Source: Tubiluchus corallicola
Lineage: Eukaryota; Animalia; Priapulida
DNA length: 64,000 nucleotides
Assembly: GCA_030141605.1 (NCBI GenBank)
Contig: JAQGDQ010000926.1
Span: forward strand, 15,888 to 79,887
Direction of reading: 5' to 3'
This document shows, in pieces, positions 1-13,488 of this stretch (position 1 is its first letter; every line of letters begins with the position of its first letter). The notes beneath the pieces were generated by a model. That model was not told where the DNA came from. It searched no databases and worked only from the letters and a program-made list of their open reading frames with translations. A program made the position numbers and the translations under genes.

Positions 1-25
1 TTAACATAAACAATTATTTATTACA

Positions 26-60
<35 letters not shown>

Positions 61-1495
61 AATAAATAATTGTTTGTGTTAATGTTATATGATTGTGTTC
101 ATTTTTATCATACGCATGACTTTTACCAAATTTTTATAGTTTTGAAACGTCTGTGAAGAAATTAACATTTTTCTCTTAGTAAATAAATTTGAAATAAATA
201 GACTTGAAATAAATTTTATTGATTTTTCTACGGTCGCTGATTACAGCGATCATGGAATGAATGAGCGGCGGAATGGAGATCAAAGCGGTGTGAAGTTTGA
301 AAAGACCCGTCCTTCTAGTTTGCCATTTCCCCACCATCATTGGAGTAACTCCTCTATTGACATAACCTTCGAGTGACAAAACTGAATTTGGTCACATTAA
401 AAATAGTCACTGATTTCGGTCATTTTTAGCACCTGTGCTTGAACATATTTGGAAAGCATCCTTCGCGCACCTGAGTTTTTGTTGTCTGACGCGCGAGTAA
501 TGCGTTAATTAACGTTGACATACGACACCTGTCAAACTTTAAACCAGTATTCACAGCTCGGCTAGGTAAATTTCTTAGCTCAGAGGCAAGGGTTTTGACC
601 TTTTTGATAAAAATAAGACAAATTCCTTGGTGTCATAGTGGAGATTTGGTACTGATGTTTTCCTAAGCGTTCACCGTTGAGCTGTGGAGTTTAAGAACTA
701 ATTATGTCCCCCGTTTCCTTGAGCTTGTGTGGTCTACCTAGTCTACGAACTCTTCTTATTGGAGTTCATTTCAAATGGAACTGAGGCAACGTTGTCAACG
801 GAAATATTACGTTTAATGATGGTTAAAACTGAAGTAGTGATTAAACATCATCATCATCATACGCCCGTCACGTCTATTGGGCAGGTAGAATTCTAAAATA
901 AAAGAAATCTGCCTTCAGCCAGGTAAATGCAACAGTAATCCAGTGGCTTGTCAGCACCACTTCCGCTAAAGTGATTATTATTGATAGTGATTAAACAAGG
1001 TGAAAATGTTTGTGCAAATAAGGGAAATTTTTAGGACTGGATATTTTTTGTGTTTTTGTCATAGACTTGACGTAAGGATTTCGTCACAATTTTCGTGTAG
1101 TACTGTGACAAACCGTCGGTCGCCAAATGTTTTTTTTGTTGATTATGTCGTTGAAGATTATAAGATTCGAGGCTACAGCTCCGACGACGGCACCATTTGC
1201 GGCGATCTATACATCAAACGAAAGGTCTCGATCTAGTGTCGTGCCATTGGGGGTTTATTTTTCGAATCGGGCCCGCCGGCAGGAACGGGGGGGGAGGCGA
1301 AAAACCTCCAAAACGATTATATCGTTAGCTGAAAGTATTAAAATATCTTTTTTCCACATGCACTACATTAGTCTAATAATTTCACAAATCTCTGCATTTT
1401 ACTTATAAATTAATTTTCTCGTTCATTTGTTAAATATAAACTTGAATAAATACAGCAGCACAACTACGTGGAAAAATCCCCCGGGGTGGTTGCGT

Positions 1496-1505
1496 TATAT
1501 AAAAG
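1496..1505 (+). promoter_or_regulatory. Candidate TATA box of an internal CLASP promoter
   Basis: TATATAAAAG inside a locally GC/CpG-richer stretch (~1100-1800), ~940 nt upstream of the ATG at 2435. Function is inferred. Confidence 0.4.
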
Positions 1506-2434
1506 GCCCCGGTTTATCCCCTTCGTAGAGCTAATCCGATTTCACTCGGTCATTTATCTTCCCCCTCCACGCGCATGCGCGCATCTCTCACCTCCCGCGG
1601 ACGATATTAGCAAAGCTCTGTGGCACTCGGCGTGCTCGGGGAGAAGTTTACATGCCTGCCGTTTGCTTTTGTGTTTGCTTATCGTCTCCATACTTGCGCT
1701 GGTGCAGTTAAACTTAAAACAATCAAGGTCAGGCGTGACCGCCACAGATGGACAGGAGGTGACCTTCGCTGTGTTTTATTGTGTCGCTCCTTTCTCGTTT
1801 TTGTTGTAAAACTGAATACGGATTGCTTTCAGAATTCTTAGCGTGAAACGTTCAAGTGAAAGTGATATCTTGTGTTGGTATTACGTAATTAAAACTATCG
1901 CGTGAACTTCTTTTTGGGAAACAGGAATAGAAGAATTTGAGGTTTTCCCAGTGTTGTGTTACGTACAGTGCAATGTTAGAACACGTAAGCGATAAAATCT
2001 TTTGCAAAAACTTGAATCGTGTAAATTTACGATAAATAAAAGTTTGATATCGCGTAATTTCGCATCTGGTATCAGAAAAAAGGGTTGCCGTTCGCTGCCG
2101 TCGAAGATTTTTAAAATAAAGTACTTTTGTATTTGGAAATAAAATTGTTGTGTTTGTACATATGTGCATTTCAGTGGTTTCACATTTGATTGTGTAGTGT
2201 TTTGTACTTCCCGTATTGGTTCTTCTACGAGGTTTCACAAGCAGTTGCACAGTTGACGTTCCTGCTGAAGTTTGAAGTAATCGCATACGTAGATGAATAC
2301 CATGCAAACTGGTTAAAAGACACCATGTTTTAATATTATCCATTATTTCTGGATGAAAAGTGTTTCTAGTGTTATGGTGAGAATCTACTAGACGTGTTTC
2401 TTGTGTTATCTACCATGGTTCAGTCACTATCATA

Positions 2435-2930
2435 ATGTTAGGTTCAGTCGACTACCATCGCAAGAACTTCATTCCAATCCTCGTCACCCCGATGCCGCCT
2501 CCTCAAGACACTTTGGGGTACATTGCCAGGGAGTTGGACAAGATGTCCAGTAGCAGCAGTGGTTCGGACCACAGCCTCCCGGTAGCAGCGCAGAGAACAG
2601 AGCAGTCATTGGGGACCCGGCGCAAGGTTCCTCAATGTAATACGATGAACGGAAGTCTTAACGATAGCGGTTACTACAGTGACATGTCACCCGTTTCACC
2701 TCCCGGAGGTGCCACGCACAGATCGGTAGCCTCTCTGCTTGGAGGGGCTACGCAATACAATGCCAGGTCACCAGTCTTGCCACCAGGGTGTGCCAGAAAT
2801 GGGTATGGTACCTTACCGTTGCCAAAAAAGAGCGTTCAGTTTGCTATGCCAAGGAAAAGTCGGGATGACGCCAGCCTGACACCTGGCGGAGAAGTAGTGA
2901 CTCATGCTAGTCGTTGGGCTGCTTACAAAG
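2435..2930 (+). CDS. CLASP: CLASP putative alternative first (or cassette) coding exon, non-TOG N-terminus
   Basis: 165 open codons (MLGSVDYHRK...RWAAYK) with higher GC. Ends AAG|gtgggt in phase 1, in frame with the exon at 12646. Confidence 0.65.
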
Positions 2931-5118
2931 GTGGGTCATTTTGAAAATTGGGCTTCTGATTTGAATTAAGCTACTGGACAGGCCACGTTGAGCTTGTTTG
3001 CATTTGCTAGTCACTGCCCTGCTTACAAAAGTGGATTCAATTATTTAGGATTGTGCGTCCGTGTAGAACATGCTGGTTTGATTGGACTTCTGTACATAAC
3101 TGGCTTCGTTAAGTCTTGTTTAGTTTATAACAGCAGATGGACGTGAGTTCAAGCAGACTCTTGAACCATGGCCAGGGCCTGCGTGAAGTAATGCTACTGT
3201 GTTCTCGTTTAGTGGCCTGAGAGAAGGGTGGTACTGCTTTTGGAAGGGATGGAACGCTTGGGGTTTTTGCTCTAACGCTAGGATATAATTATGTAACACT
3301 AGACAAAGATAGATACATTATTCGGTTGGATAGGTAGATAATCACATTTTCATATTTTAAGAAAATTGTCTAATGTGCTTTCATATTTTAAGAAAATTGT
3401 CTAATGTGCGAAGCGAGTCTCTCTTTCGCTCTCACTTTCTCCCCTCTTTTGCACTCCCTTTCTCGCTCCTCTCTCTTTCTCTCTTGCTCTTTAAATCATT
3501 CTTTAATGCAGCTGACGAAATATTTCAGTTTGATAAAAATGGCTTTTACAGACTGTGCCGTGGACGTAAATTTATGTAAATTTGCGTAACTAAGAAGTAC
3601 AACAATAATGAGGCATCCCGAGCTTAAGCCTGCCAGCCATCTGCGCTTGTAAAAAAAGCGTAATTGATTTTGTAAATTTCTTCCTTCAATGCTAATCAAG
3701 GCTCGAACTCGCTGCCTTGACTCATTTAACAGCAATGGCGGAAAATCTGTTCAGTTAGTTTAAACGCGGCGGCGGCTGCCAAATGCCTCCAAAGCTATAA
3801 TTATAATTAAGTAATATTCACTGAATAATCTAATTACGTAGTAGATGCATTTTATGCTTTCATGACTTTACTTTACGCACCACCCACAACACAATAGATT
3901 AACTCATGTGTATTTTAATAGCAAAACAGTCTGGAATAAAAGAGAGAAAATAAGTAAATTAAAAACTAAAATACTCGCGCTCAGGCCGGTGAATTTAAAT
4001 GTGGCAAATTCGTAATGAATTATGAATTTATTCCACAGCAACTCAAACATACATATAAATTGATATAACATTGAAATAAATTGATATAACATTGAAATAA
4101 ACTATGCGAGTTACTGTGAGGAGGGGGAAGGAGCATTGAGCTTTCGAGTCCTCCTCCAGATAAGTGAAACAATTGACAATTAACATTACATTTTCATCAG
4201 TTATAACGTGCATTAGAACAAAATAAGTTTTGTCAGTAACTTAAGATCAGGATGAGTAAAATTGTGAGTTAATTATACCGCTGTAGTAGGTAATTCTTTG
4301 ATGCTTTTTTTAATTGATAAAGATTAAGAGTTTTCATTTCACGCGGAATTGATGACCATATTTTAATAGCATTATATTTTGATGACTGTTTCATTATATT
4401 TGTTTTTGGAAGGGGGTGTACATAGTAATAATTAAATTTACAATAATTATGCTGTATTAACTGAAATTACAATTCTCTGGATAATGGAAAATTTTCACAA
4501 TTGATTACAAGTTTATGTTGATGGCAACCTTACTTTAAAGAAACATGCATGACTACGCATATAGGATATGTTGCACAATTTCATGGCTGACCACACGCAT
4601 CTGCCATTTGCCTCCACTTACTTAAGACTTGATCTTCTCTAAATCATGGACCGCCGTCCTCCTCATAAACCTGTTTCCTTGTGAGTCTTTTATTCACTTG
4701 TCAACTGCATTAGGAAGAGTCGTATGGTTAAGTAAAAAAAACTGCTCATTATAACAGCGTGTCGTCTTCAAACGCAGCCTGGGCGGGAGAAGATAAATAC
4801 TGGACTTAGCGCGTCTGATAGTATCTTAAGATTTTACACAGAAGCTGGTCGGTAATTTTGTTCCTGGCAGTTTTTTTGGCTGCCACAGTCAATTACTGTA
4901 ATAATAATTTGTAATAATCTTTTTTGTGTTTCGATCCTGCTTGCTTATGCCTTTGACAGTTCTTTTCTGTAGGTATTTTCTTATAAACTGTATCCTGCTT
5001 TTTATTATAAGCGCTGATTCTCGTTTTTGTATTATCGTTTTCTTCCTTCCATCCTCTTGTTCTCTCGTTCCCGCTCACCCTCCTTTCTCTCTGTTTTGCT
5101 TTCTTCTTGTCATTTGCA

Positions 5119-5333
5119 CTCTTTCGCTCTCACTTTCTTTCTCTCCTCTTTTGCACTCTCTTTCTCGCTCCCCCTCTTTCTTTCTCTGTCAAATCTCTGT
5201 CTTTTACTCTCTTTCCCTCCCCTCTCTCTGTCTCTCTCCATCCCCTCTCATTGTATCATTTTCTCTTCCCTCTCTCTCTCTCTCTCTCCTTCCTCCTGTG
5301 ATGTTTTCTCCTTTCCCTCTATTTCTCTGTCAC

Positions 5334-5428
<95 letters not shown>

Positions 5429-5471
5429 TCCTCCTGTGATGTTTTCTCCTTTCCCTCTATTTCTCTGTCAC

Positions 5472-5567
<96 letters not shown>

Positions 5568-5613
5568 TCCTCCTGTGATGTTTTCTCCTTTCCCTCTATT
5601 TCTCTGTCACCCT

Positions 5614-5680
<67 letters not shown>
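5119..5680. repeat. (CT)n-rich compound repeat
   Basis: CT tracts alternate with a 3x repeated CCTTCCTCCTGTGATGTTTTCTCC... block; lead-in resembles 3419-3490. Confidence 0.9.
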
Positions 5681-5683
<3 letters not shown>

Positions 5684-7367
5684 ACCGTCTCACTGCCACG
5701 TCACCCTTCACCTTGTAAACAGAATCTGACAGCATGTTCAATATTTACTTTAAATTACCAGTCAGTCTTGCATATCAGAAGTAATATTTTAATCTCATTT
5801 GTCACTTGTAATCCTCACACATTAACTTCGTCTTTTCAACTCGTTTTTCTATTGGTTATGTCTGGGTGGAGCTCCGAGATTATTGATTTTTGAGAGATTA
5901 CCACTTGTACCTGCAACGCACGCACTGTCTTGAGATAAATAACAATTTTTATTTGCATTGCATTCCTAGCAGTTTGGAATTTTGTCGTTTTTTTTCTAAA
6001 TTGTAGATTATCGCATTCTTTCAGTCATTTGATAACTCTTCCTACCTGCATTTATCCAGTATAATACCTGAGATAGTTCCATAATCGTAAGCCTACGTAT
6101 TTACAGCGCTGGATACTAGTGTAGCAGGCGGGAGATAGGCTGATTGGTTGTGGGGCGTGTTTTGCAATGCTTAACCATTTAAAGGAAAACTGTAACCAAT
6201 CATTAAATTATAGGTCAAGACAATATTGAAAGGGAAGATGATTTCGCCATTCGATAGTTAGATGTGCGCTAGCGCCTGCAACTCGAAAATGCGTTACAAA
6301 AAAAGCAGGCGCTGTACCTCTCACTTGAGAGGTGTTTGGTTGTGACGTAGAGCATACTTTCGACAGCAGTAAACTTAAAAGTTGAATTTTAAACTTGAAG
6401 TTTGTCGAGTTTTGGTATATTACACTGACTGTCGTACATTAGCACTGTACTTCAATTTTTGTTTAAAATCGCAAACGCGTGCAATACGTTCAGAGCTGTT
6501 GTTTGGTTTGTTTGTGTCTGGAATGTTTGAGCTGTTGAAAATTACTTTCATTTGTGATGTCATCACTAGTTGGGCTACCCCGCCAATAATAAAGTTTTTG
6601 ACATATTAATTATCAGAAACGCTTTGCATTATTATAAGGTGTAAAAGCACAAGAAAATCCTTCATAAACATAAAGCTTGAAAAATTCGTCTTGAAATTTT
6701 ATATCACTTACGTACTGCCTTTTTGCGTGCAGGACTTCAATCGGCAGTAACGCTGTATAGAACATGTAAATTTAAACGCCCACGATGACCGTTAGACGCT
6801 GCCATGTTGACGACAGGTCATTTGAAACAAGTTTAGATAACATTGTGTAAAGTTTGAAAAAAATAATCAGAACATTCGTAATACACACGTCACTAAGCGA
6901 GTAAAATTTTAAATTACTTGAGGCGCTTGAGTGAAGTGGCTTATATAGGCTAGTTACCCATCTATAAATAGGTTTCCATTCCTTTGTAGTGAAATTCTCA
7001 TATGGTGTCAATGTGTCTGGCTTCCTCGTGTTACATTCATCGTTCAAGCATTCGCTCCAGGGCTTCATTCGAGGGTTTCTCCGCGCTGCCCCCCCCCCCG
7101 CCTGCCTGCCTGTAATATTTACTTGCTTTTGCATTTCATACATGGCAGTGGGGAGCGGGCATGTTGGCCTACGTTAAACGTTTGAAGTTCTTTTTCACTG
7201 TGATAGATTTTTTCAGTTTCTTTTGCTTCCACTTTACAAAATGTCGTAATCACCAAGATAGATGAATCAGAAATTGATATTTCTGAGGAGAATTTTGGTT
7301 GAATTATAGGAAAAACACAAACTAAAGACGAAAACAAACAACATTTATTTACTGTTGCTCTTTTAAC

Positions 7368-7578
7368 AAACAACATTAGCACTAAAGGCTATTTAGCGAC
7401 TTACACTTAAGGTAAGGACAGGTAAGGACACAGCACAGGTAACAAGGCAGGTAAGGACACAACACACAAAATTTATAACGAATAATGTGCAGGTTATAAG
7501 CCCTAGCGTTGGCAGCTGCTAGACTCGAACTCAAGACTGTCTGGTGGCAGTCTCAAGTCTAGACCACTCGGTCACTCA
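7368..7578 (-). mobile_element. tRNA-derived SINE-like element
   Basis: Minus strand has an A-box-like TGACCGAGTGG and B-box GTTCGAGTC at tRNA spacing, then a short body and a (GTT)n-like tail. Confidence 0.55.
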
Positions 7579-8951
7579 ACTCTGAACAAAACTGTGTCAA
7601 CACTGCATTGTATACTAGAGGATTGTGCCTAGGAAAAATACAAGTAAATTTGCAACTATATGCATTCCAGTGTACTCCATACTCCATATTAGCTAGTTGC
7701 AGTGTTGTAGGAACTGTTTACTGTGATAAGACTGTGTGGTTTTCATAACGCGCTTTTGCTCTTGATTGTAAAAGGGTAGATCTGAAATTTGTCGATCGAA
7801 CCATAGATTTTGCCGCTAAAACAGTTATTTTCATGTTTTTACTTCCCGGTAGATGGCACTGTGCGCATGCGCCTGAATTGATTTCTCCTTTTATGACAAG
7901 GTGCCTTCTTCACTGTCTTGTTATCTGTGCCTATTTGAGGTAGAGATTAGAACGTGCATTTCACTCAACCCCACTTAACCTGTTGTTAGGAAAGCTAATA
8001 AAGGAGAGGGCTATACGGAGGGTGCACTTGTTGCTTCTTGCTTGCCGTAGCCGTAAGTGACGTTACGAACGTTTGCATTCTCTACGGCAATTTTAGTGTC
8101 TTAGTGAAAAGTTTAGTATTTATTTCGAGAATTAGTAAGTCAATTGTCCAGTTAGTCCACATGTAATGTGGGTGATTCATCAGAAATATGGAGTGTCCGC
8201 CAGAATTTAGTACTGTATGGATTTCACTGAACCCCCTCTGTTAGGCAAGCTAAGAAAAGAGAGGGTTTGGTGGAGGGTAATTCTACCAACATCATTCATT
8301 TGTTGCTCAAAATTTTTAAACGTCACTACGTAAGATATAAACGATGCTACAGACAAAATGTACATTTATTTTATTTGCTGTATAATATTATTTATCGTAA
8401 TTTGATAAATCGCTTTAATTATGGTAGAATTCCACGAGGTCCTAGGAAATTAAGTTCGCACAATTTGTAAAAAAATTCCTTTAAAAATGTACAGAACATT
8501 GACATACCCGTTTAGCAATGTGAAAATGGTATTGTTGTACATTGTTTTGTGAAAACGTTCCTCGACATGTTTCCTAGCTGTTAATAGATGGCAGCACTTT
8601 GTGAGAAATTTTTGTAAGCCATGTAGAAACGCAATACTTTCGATGTGAAATGCAGCAGCCGATTTTATGGGTAGTTAAACTTAATAAATATTGTATAATA
8701 TTTGTGTGCGGAATGTTGGGATTGAGACAACTCCCCCCCCCCCCCCAAGTATTTTCACAGCAAACTGACTTAATCGAGTAAAAATATCATAAGATTCTGT
8801 AAAAGATATATTCGTGTTCATTAATAAGTAAGATTAGCAAGTTATGTTATAAGTTATATTTCTGAACGCGCTGGCTACATAGTACTTACATATACAACAA
8901 TAGGGGGTCTAAACAGTAAATACCCAAAAATCGCGATCTTCACACTCTTAA

Positions 8952-9410
8952 CCCTTTCATACCCGTTGTATCCCATGGGATACGAGAATATTTCCTGCCT
9001 TTAAAATTAATAAAATTTTAAAACTGACAGTTATTTGATCTGTTAATAGTTATTTTGATATAAGCTAATAACAATAGACTAAAAATGGTGATAAAATTGC
9101 AAACTAGAAAAACTTCATAGCATAAAAAACTGCGCAAGGTACAGTACTTTAGAGACGACTTTGTACAGATCAACATAGCATGCATACTAAGTGTCTTAAA
9201 TACTTTAAAAAATTATCAACAGTTGCAAAATGAAGCACATTTTATGCTTCCATTGAATCCCAATGTATCCCGTGGGATACAGGCTATATTTAGCACACGG
9301 GCACAGGTAGAAAAAATAATTATTATGTGTAAACAAGATGGACATACTGAACAGAAGTGCCAAGCCAAAATAAATTTTCTTATTAAAAAAATAATTTGGG
9401 ACTGAAAGGG
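8952..9410 (+). mobile_element. piggyBac-like MITE family A, copy 1
   Basis: TTAA flanks; TIR CCCTTTCA...TGAAAGGG; four near-identical copies in the window. Confidence 0.85.
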
Positions 9411-9694
9411 TTAACAGCAGCTTTTCAAGCGGGCGCTGTTGTACTTTTGTCACACTTTTGATTGAAAGATTAATAATTACGTTTGCAAAACAATTTCATT
9501 ATGGTAATGTAATGGTTACATAATTAAATGATTGATTGAAAACATCAAAGGGCCGCCAATCGCAGTAAAGGGAAACGCCCTAGGCGTTCCTGAATTTTCG
9601 TATTGCTCCTGCTTTGATTGTGCGTTATGCATTTCTTTAAACGGAAAAACTGCTTAGGAAAAGGTGATTGTAGTTTTTGAGTTTGTATCTTTAA

Positions 9695-10528
9695 AGGAAA
9701 TGCCAAGCTTTTTGAGAAGCCAGGCTTATGTCAATGTTTGCGCGATTTAATAATGAAAGTGTGATAAGTGCCTTGTGTAATTAGTAATGTACGTCTGCTT
9801 CTTGATGGTGGATCAGAAGAGACCTACATTAGCAAACTAGAAAGCAAAAACAGTCAGTAAAACCTGTTTCACAGCCAGTATACAGGTATAGAACTTGACC
9901 TATGCAGAGTTTCACAGGCTTCACAACAACCATTAATTTAAGATAGGGAGAGGACCAGTGTGTATGTAGTCACTGGACCATACAATTATACTGAAGGTAA
10001 GTCAGCTGGTAGAATGTAACAGGATTAGCACATAGATGGCAGCACTTAATTACAATGCACAATTCCAACTTCCACAAGTAATATCCTTTTAAAGCCGCGA
10101 TCATTTCACGCTCTGGCAGCCCTATTTTGAACGTCTTTTCTTCCTCCAATGACGTCATTCGCCGACGGAAGAGAAGCAGCACACTCTCAGGTTCCATCAA
10201 AAGTATCATCAGTTTTTACAAAATTTTTGATTTTGTGATATTTTTGCGCAAACATTAAGTAAGCTGCTGATGTCTTGAATTAGTTTAAGCAGTGCGTGCT
10301 TACGCAAAGCCACGATGCTCTCAAGAAACGTCACGAAATCTACCAATTACGTCATAGTTTTCAGTGAGTGGCGGCTACCACTGCGCCTGAAAATTTCCAT
10401 ACAGCGGCTGTGTGTCTTAACTTATGTTATATAGACAGGTTTTTCGCAATTTTTTTGTGCCGTATTTTTCTAAGTTTAAATGATAACACTACAATATACC
10501 GAATATGCTAAGTGATTTGTCCTTTCCT
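9695..10528. mobile_element. Old Kolobok-like non-autonomous element
   Basis: TTAA|AGGAAATGCCAA ... TTGTCCTTTCCT|TTAA: imperfect TIR with AG termini and TTAA flanks. Confidence 0.45.
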
Positions 10529-12645
10529 TTAAGATGCGGCGAAATTGGAAATTATTTCATTTTTCTGCCTTTCTTTTGGCGTCTATGCGTTTATTTTCCT
10601 AACAATTGAGCAGATTTCTAGAGAAAATCGTCAAGCAAAGTTGCAAAATTATTACAGCTCCAGTGACATTGTAGATGCGGTAATGCGGTAAACTAGCATT
10701 GTCGTGTTCACTATGAGCTGCGTTGCTGCCGTTTCCGCACGACCGCGTACGTAGCCATAGCCACCTTCAATGCAAAGAATAATTTCTTTACATTTTCGAC
10801 TTTGTCCACATCAGGTGTCTATGTTAAACATTTACGCTATTGAATGTCTGTTGGTGCATTTGTGGCAGGACAATGACTTTGGAAAGTTTGCTTCCTTTAA
10901 GCCAGAAAATCATCTTTCGTCGGAGCATCATGACTTATTTAACGCCTGTTTTATATTTCACCCACATGACAGACAATGAGTAGCAAGACCAACTAAGGCA
11001 ACAGTTTTGGGCTGTTGACAGCGGATTATGGTACCCAGTAACTGCGCGTTTTAGGGTTTTTGGAATTTATGCAAGTATGACTCACATAAACTATGTTGTC
11101 CAAGTGTTAAATAAAAGTGTGTAAGAAGACAGCATTACCTGCGCCTGAGGCACTTACCACATGTTTATGTCCTTCGATGAGGGCGGATCCTCAAACAAGA
11201 GATTTTCTATTCTTATTTTTTCACTTAAACAAAATTTTATTTTTTGTCGTACATTTGTGATATAAACGCTTGTGGTTAGTTCAAATCAAATTTTCTGAAA
11301 TGCACTTCGATTGTCCTCTGCCAAATATTGACCGATCAACGTCCAGTGTTCACCTTACTGGGTGTATAAGGAAACGTCACCAGAGGTTTTGTACTAAATT
11401 AATTTCGGCACGATGGCATTTTTCTTTGCGGACGACTGCGCCCTCATGCGAGAATTTCTGTGAAACTTCAACAATGTGTGAAACCTGCCCGCCTGTAAAC
11501 AATTCTTGCGTCTCGGAGGTAAATCCTTTCCAGCATAACTGACATTCCTTTCAACAGTTTGGCTGGTCAGTGCAGAGGTACTTGCAATAGCGTTCGCGAT
11601 TTGATACACATCTTTATCTGAGATCATCCTTCATTTGCGTGGGATAATCACTGTGCCTGTACTAATCCGTTCTGTGCTGATCGGATTACGTTTTTCTAAA
11701 CTGATGTGTTTTGGCATCGTGCCAGGTTTTGTACCATAAGTGTATTATGCTGAACTTACGTGAAATGCGTTGGATGTCTAGTACGACCTAAGTAGAGTTC
11801 TGCTTTGAGTGTTAAACATTGTTTATTTGTGCGTTGCTAGATGGCGCCAAAGTGCTTTTCTCGACGAACTTTTTATGAACGCGTGACTTTCCATAAATTA
11901 TTATAATTACCTGCCTATTTTCTTAATGTAAAAATACATTCGTCGAACGCATGACGTCATTTAGTAGATTTGACGAAGTAGCCGTCGAAGGGATGGATAA
12001 GCGTGTTTAGAAACGACACTGTTTTGTGTGTGTACTCTGGTGGCTCCATCTGTCTTCGCTTTTCTTAAATATTAAAAAATACATATACTTGACCTGAATT
12101 GCCAACTATTACCATGTAACCTAATATGAAATTACGTAAAATTGTTTCTTTTCTACTTCCAAATGGAGAGTTTTACGGTACGTTATATCGGTTGTGACTT
12201 TGTTTGTTTGTTTGACCGAGCCCCAAGGCTTGGGTTTATTCTAATAAGACATCAATTGTGGAAGGATATTTATTTTGAATATCTATTTAACATACTGGAT
12301 AGTTTGTATATTTTATACATGTGTTCAAAACTACAAAAGTACTAACTGCAGAAATTACCACGTGGCATTTTCATTCTCACTGTTTAGAGGATCATATGTG
12401 TTATTAAAAAAGTTTGGAAACTTTTCTTTTTGTACGCGGAAGAAATAATGTTCAAAGATGCTGTGTTCCAGACTAAGCAATTGTTGGAATAAATAAGCAG
12501 GACATGATAAGAATGACTTCCTGTTTACTGTTCCTGCTTTTTCAGCTATTTGTTAATTATATAATAAAGATACATCCACGAGAAAGCTCTAATTTAAACT
12601 TGTGATAAAATTCTGCATGTTCATGTAATTTTTGCTTTGTTTTAG

Positions 12646-12789
12646 TCAGTACAAAGTCTGATGATTCGACGGACAGTGCAGCCAGACCCGGGTCAAAACG
12701 GGCGGGTAGTGCCCCTCCGTCCCGACGGGGAATTTTTCACATGCCTGCTCACAAAACGGCAGGCGGCGCGGCAAATGTCGTCACTAACA
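12646..12789 (+). CDS. CLASP: CLASP exon, linker before TOG2 (STKSDDSTDSAARPGSKRAGSAPP...)
   Basis: tttag| acceptor, |gtaagt donor, 144 nt, phase 1-1, open frame. Confidence 0.85.
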
Positions 12790-13488
12790 GTAAGTATTAA
12801 CTCTTTGCTGTTGTTGTTGTTGTTGTTGTTGTTGCGTTAACGTTTATTCAAGGCTTTAGTTTTGTATTTGCATTTAATGTGTTTTGATTTGTTTTTCTTT
12901 TTTTTCATAACTTTTCAGTAATACTAAAATACATATAATTCTCAACCTGTCATTATTTATCCTCTAAGTACACGTATTCATTGTCTTTATATGTGTATTT
13001 GGTAAGATTTTCTGTTTTCCAAAGTGGGACTTTATTGTACCTGTGGTATATTTTTTGCATTTAATTTAATTTGATTTAATTATTATTTGTTATAAATTTA
13101 TTTACAAATAAATGATATTTAAATGATTTTTTTGTTTCTTTTAAATATGTGTTTTCGATTTGTAATTTGCACAGTGCATTCGGTACGTTTAATTACGCAT
13201 CAGCTAGAGTGGAAAAGTTTAATGCATGTTAAGAAAATGTTTTGACTTGACTTTCAAGGTTGAAATGCATTAATAAAAATGCTAATCCAACTCGCATGTT
13301 TGAGCAATCATTAAACAACACGAGTCTTATGCAAACTGTATTGCTATCATATTTTTTTCACTGGATTTTATATTTTTTAAAAACTATTTAATTTTAAAAT
13401 TTAGTGTCAACACTTGACTACGTGAACTTAGTAGAGAATGTGAACCATCTTTTCTAAAATTCAAGTAGCTGTGTTATGCAAGTTACAG

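Noticed and set aside
4926-5729. Poly-SL ORFs (also 18202-18705 and 44581-44949)
   Set aside because: Translations of (CT)n microsatellites.
7500-7578. Functional tRNA gene
   Set aside because: A/B boxes present but no convincing cloverleaf; treated as a SINE head.
9223-9405. Recurrent ORF QNEAHFMLPLNPNV (also 19741, 46803)
   Set aside because: Recurrence is due to MITE family A copies; no transposase motifs.
10770-10814. ATG...CAG|gtgtct (and 12163 ATG...ACG|gtacgt) as alternative first exons
   Set aside because: Both end in phase 0, incompatible with either acceptor at 12646 or 12650.
1-12645. U4atac snRNA, intronic in vertebrate CLASP1
   Set aside because: No match to the U4atac 5' end or Sm site seen; the homologous intron is probably upstream. 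An Infernal/Rfam scan would settle it.
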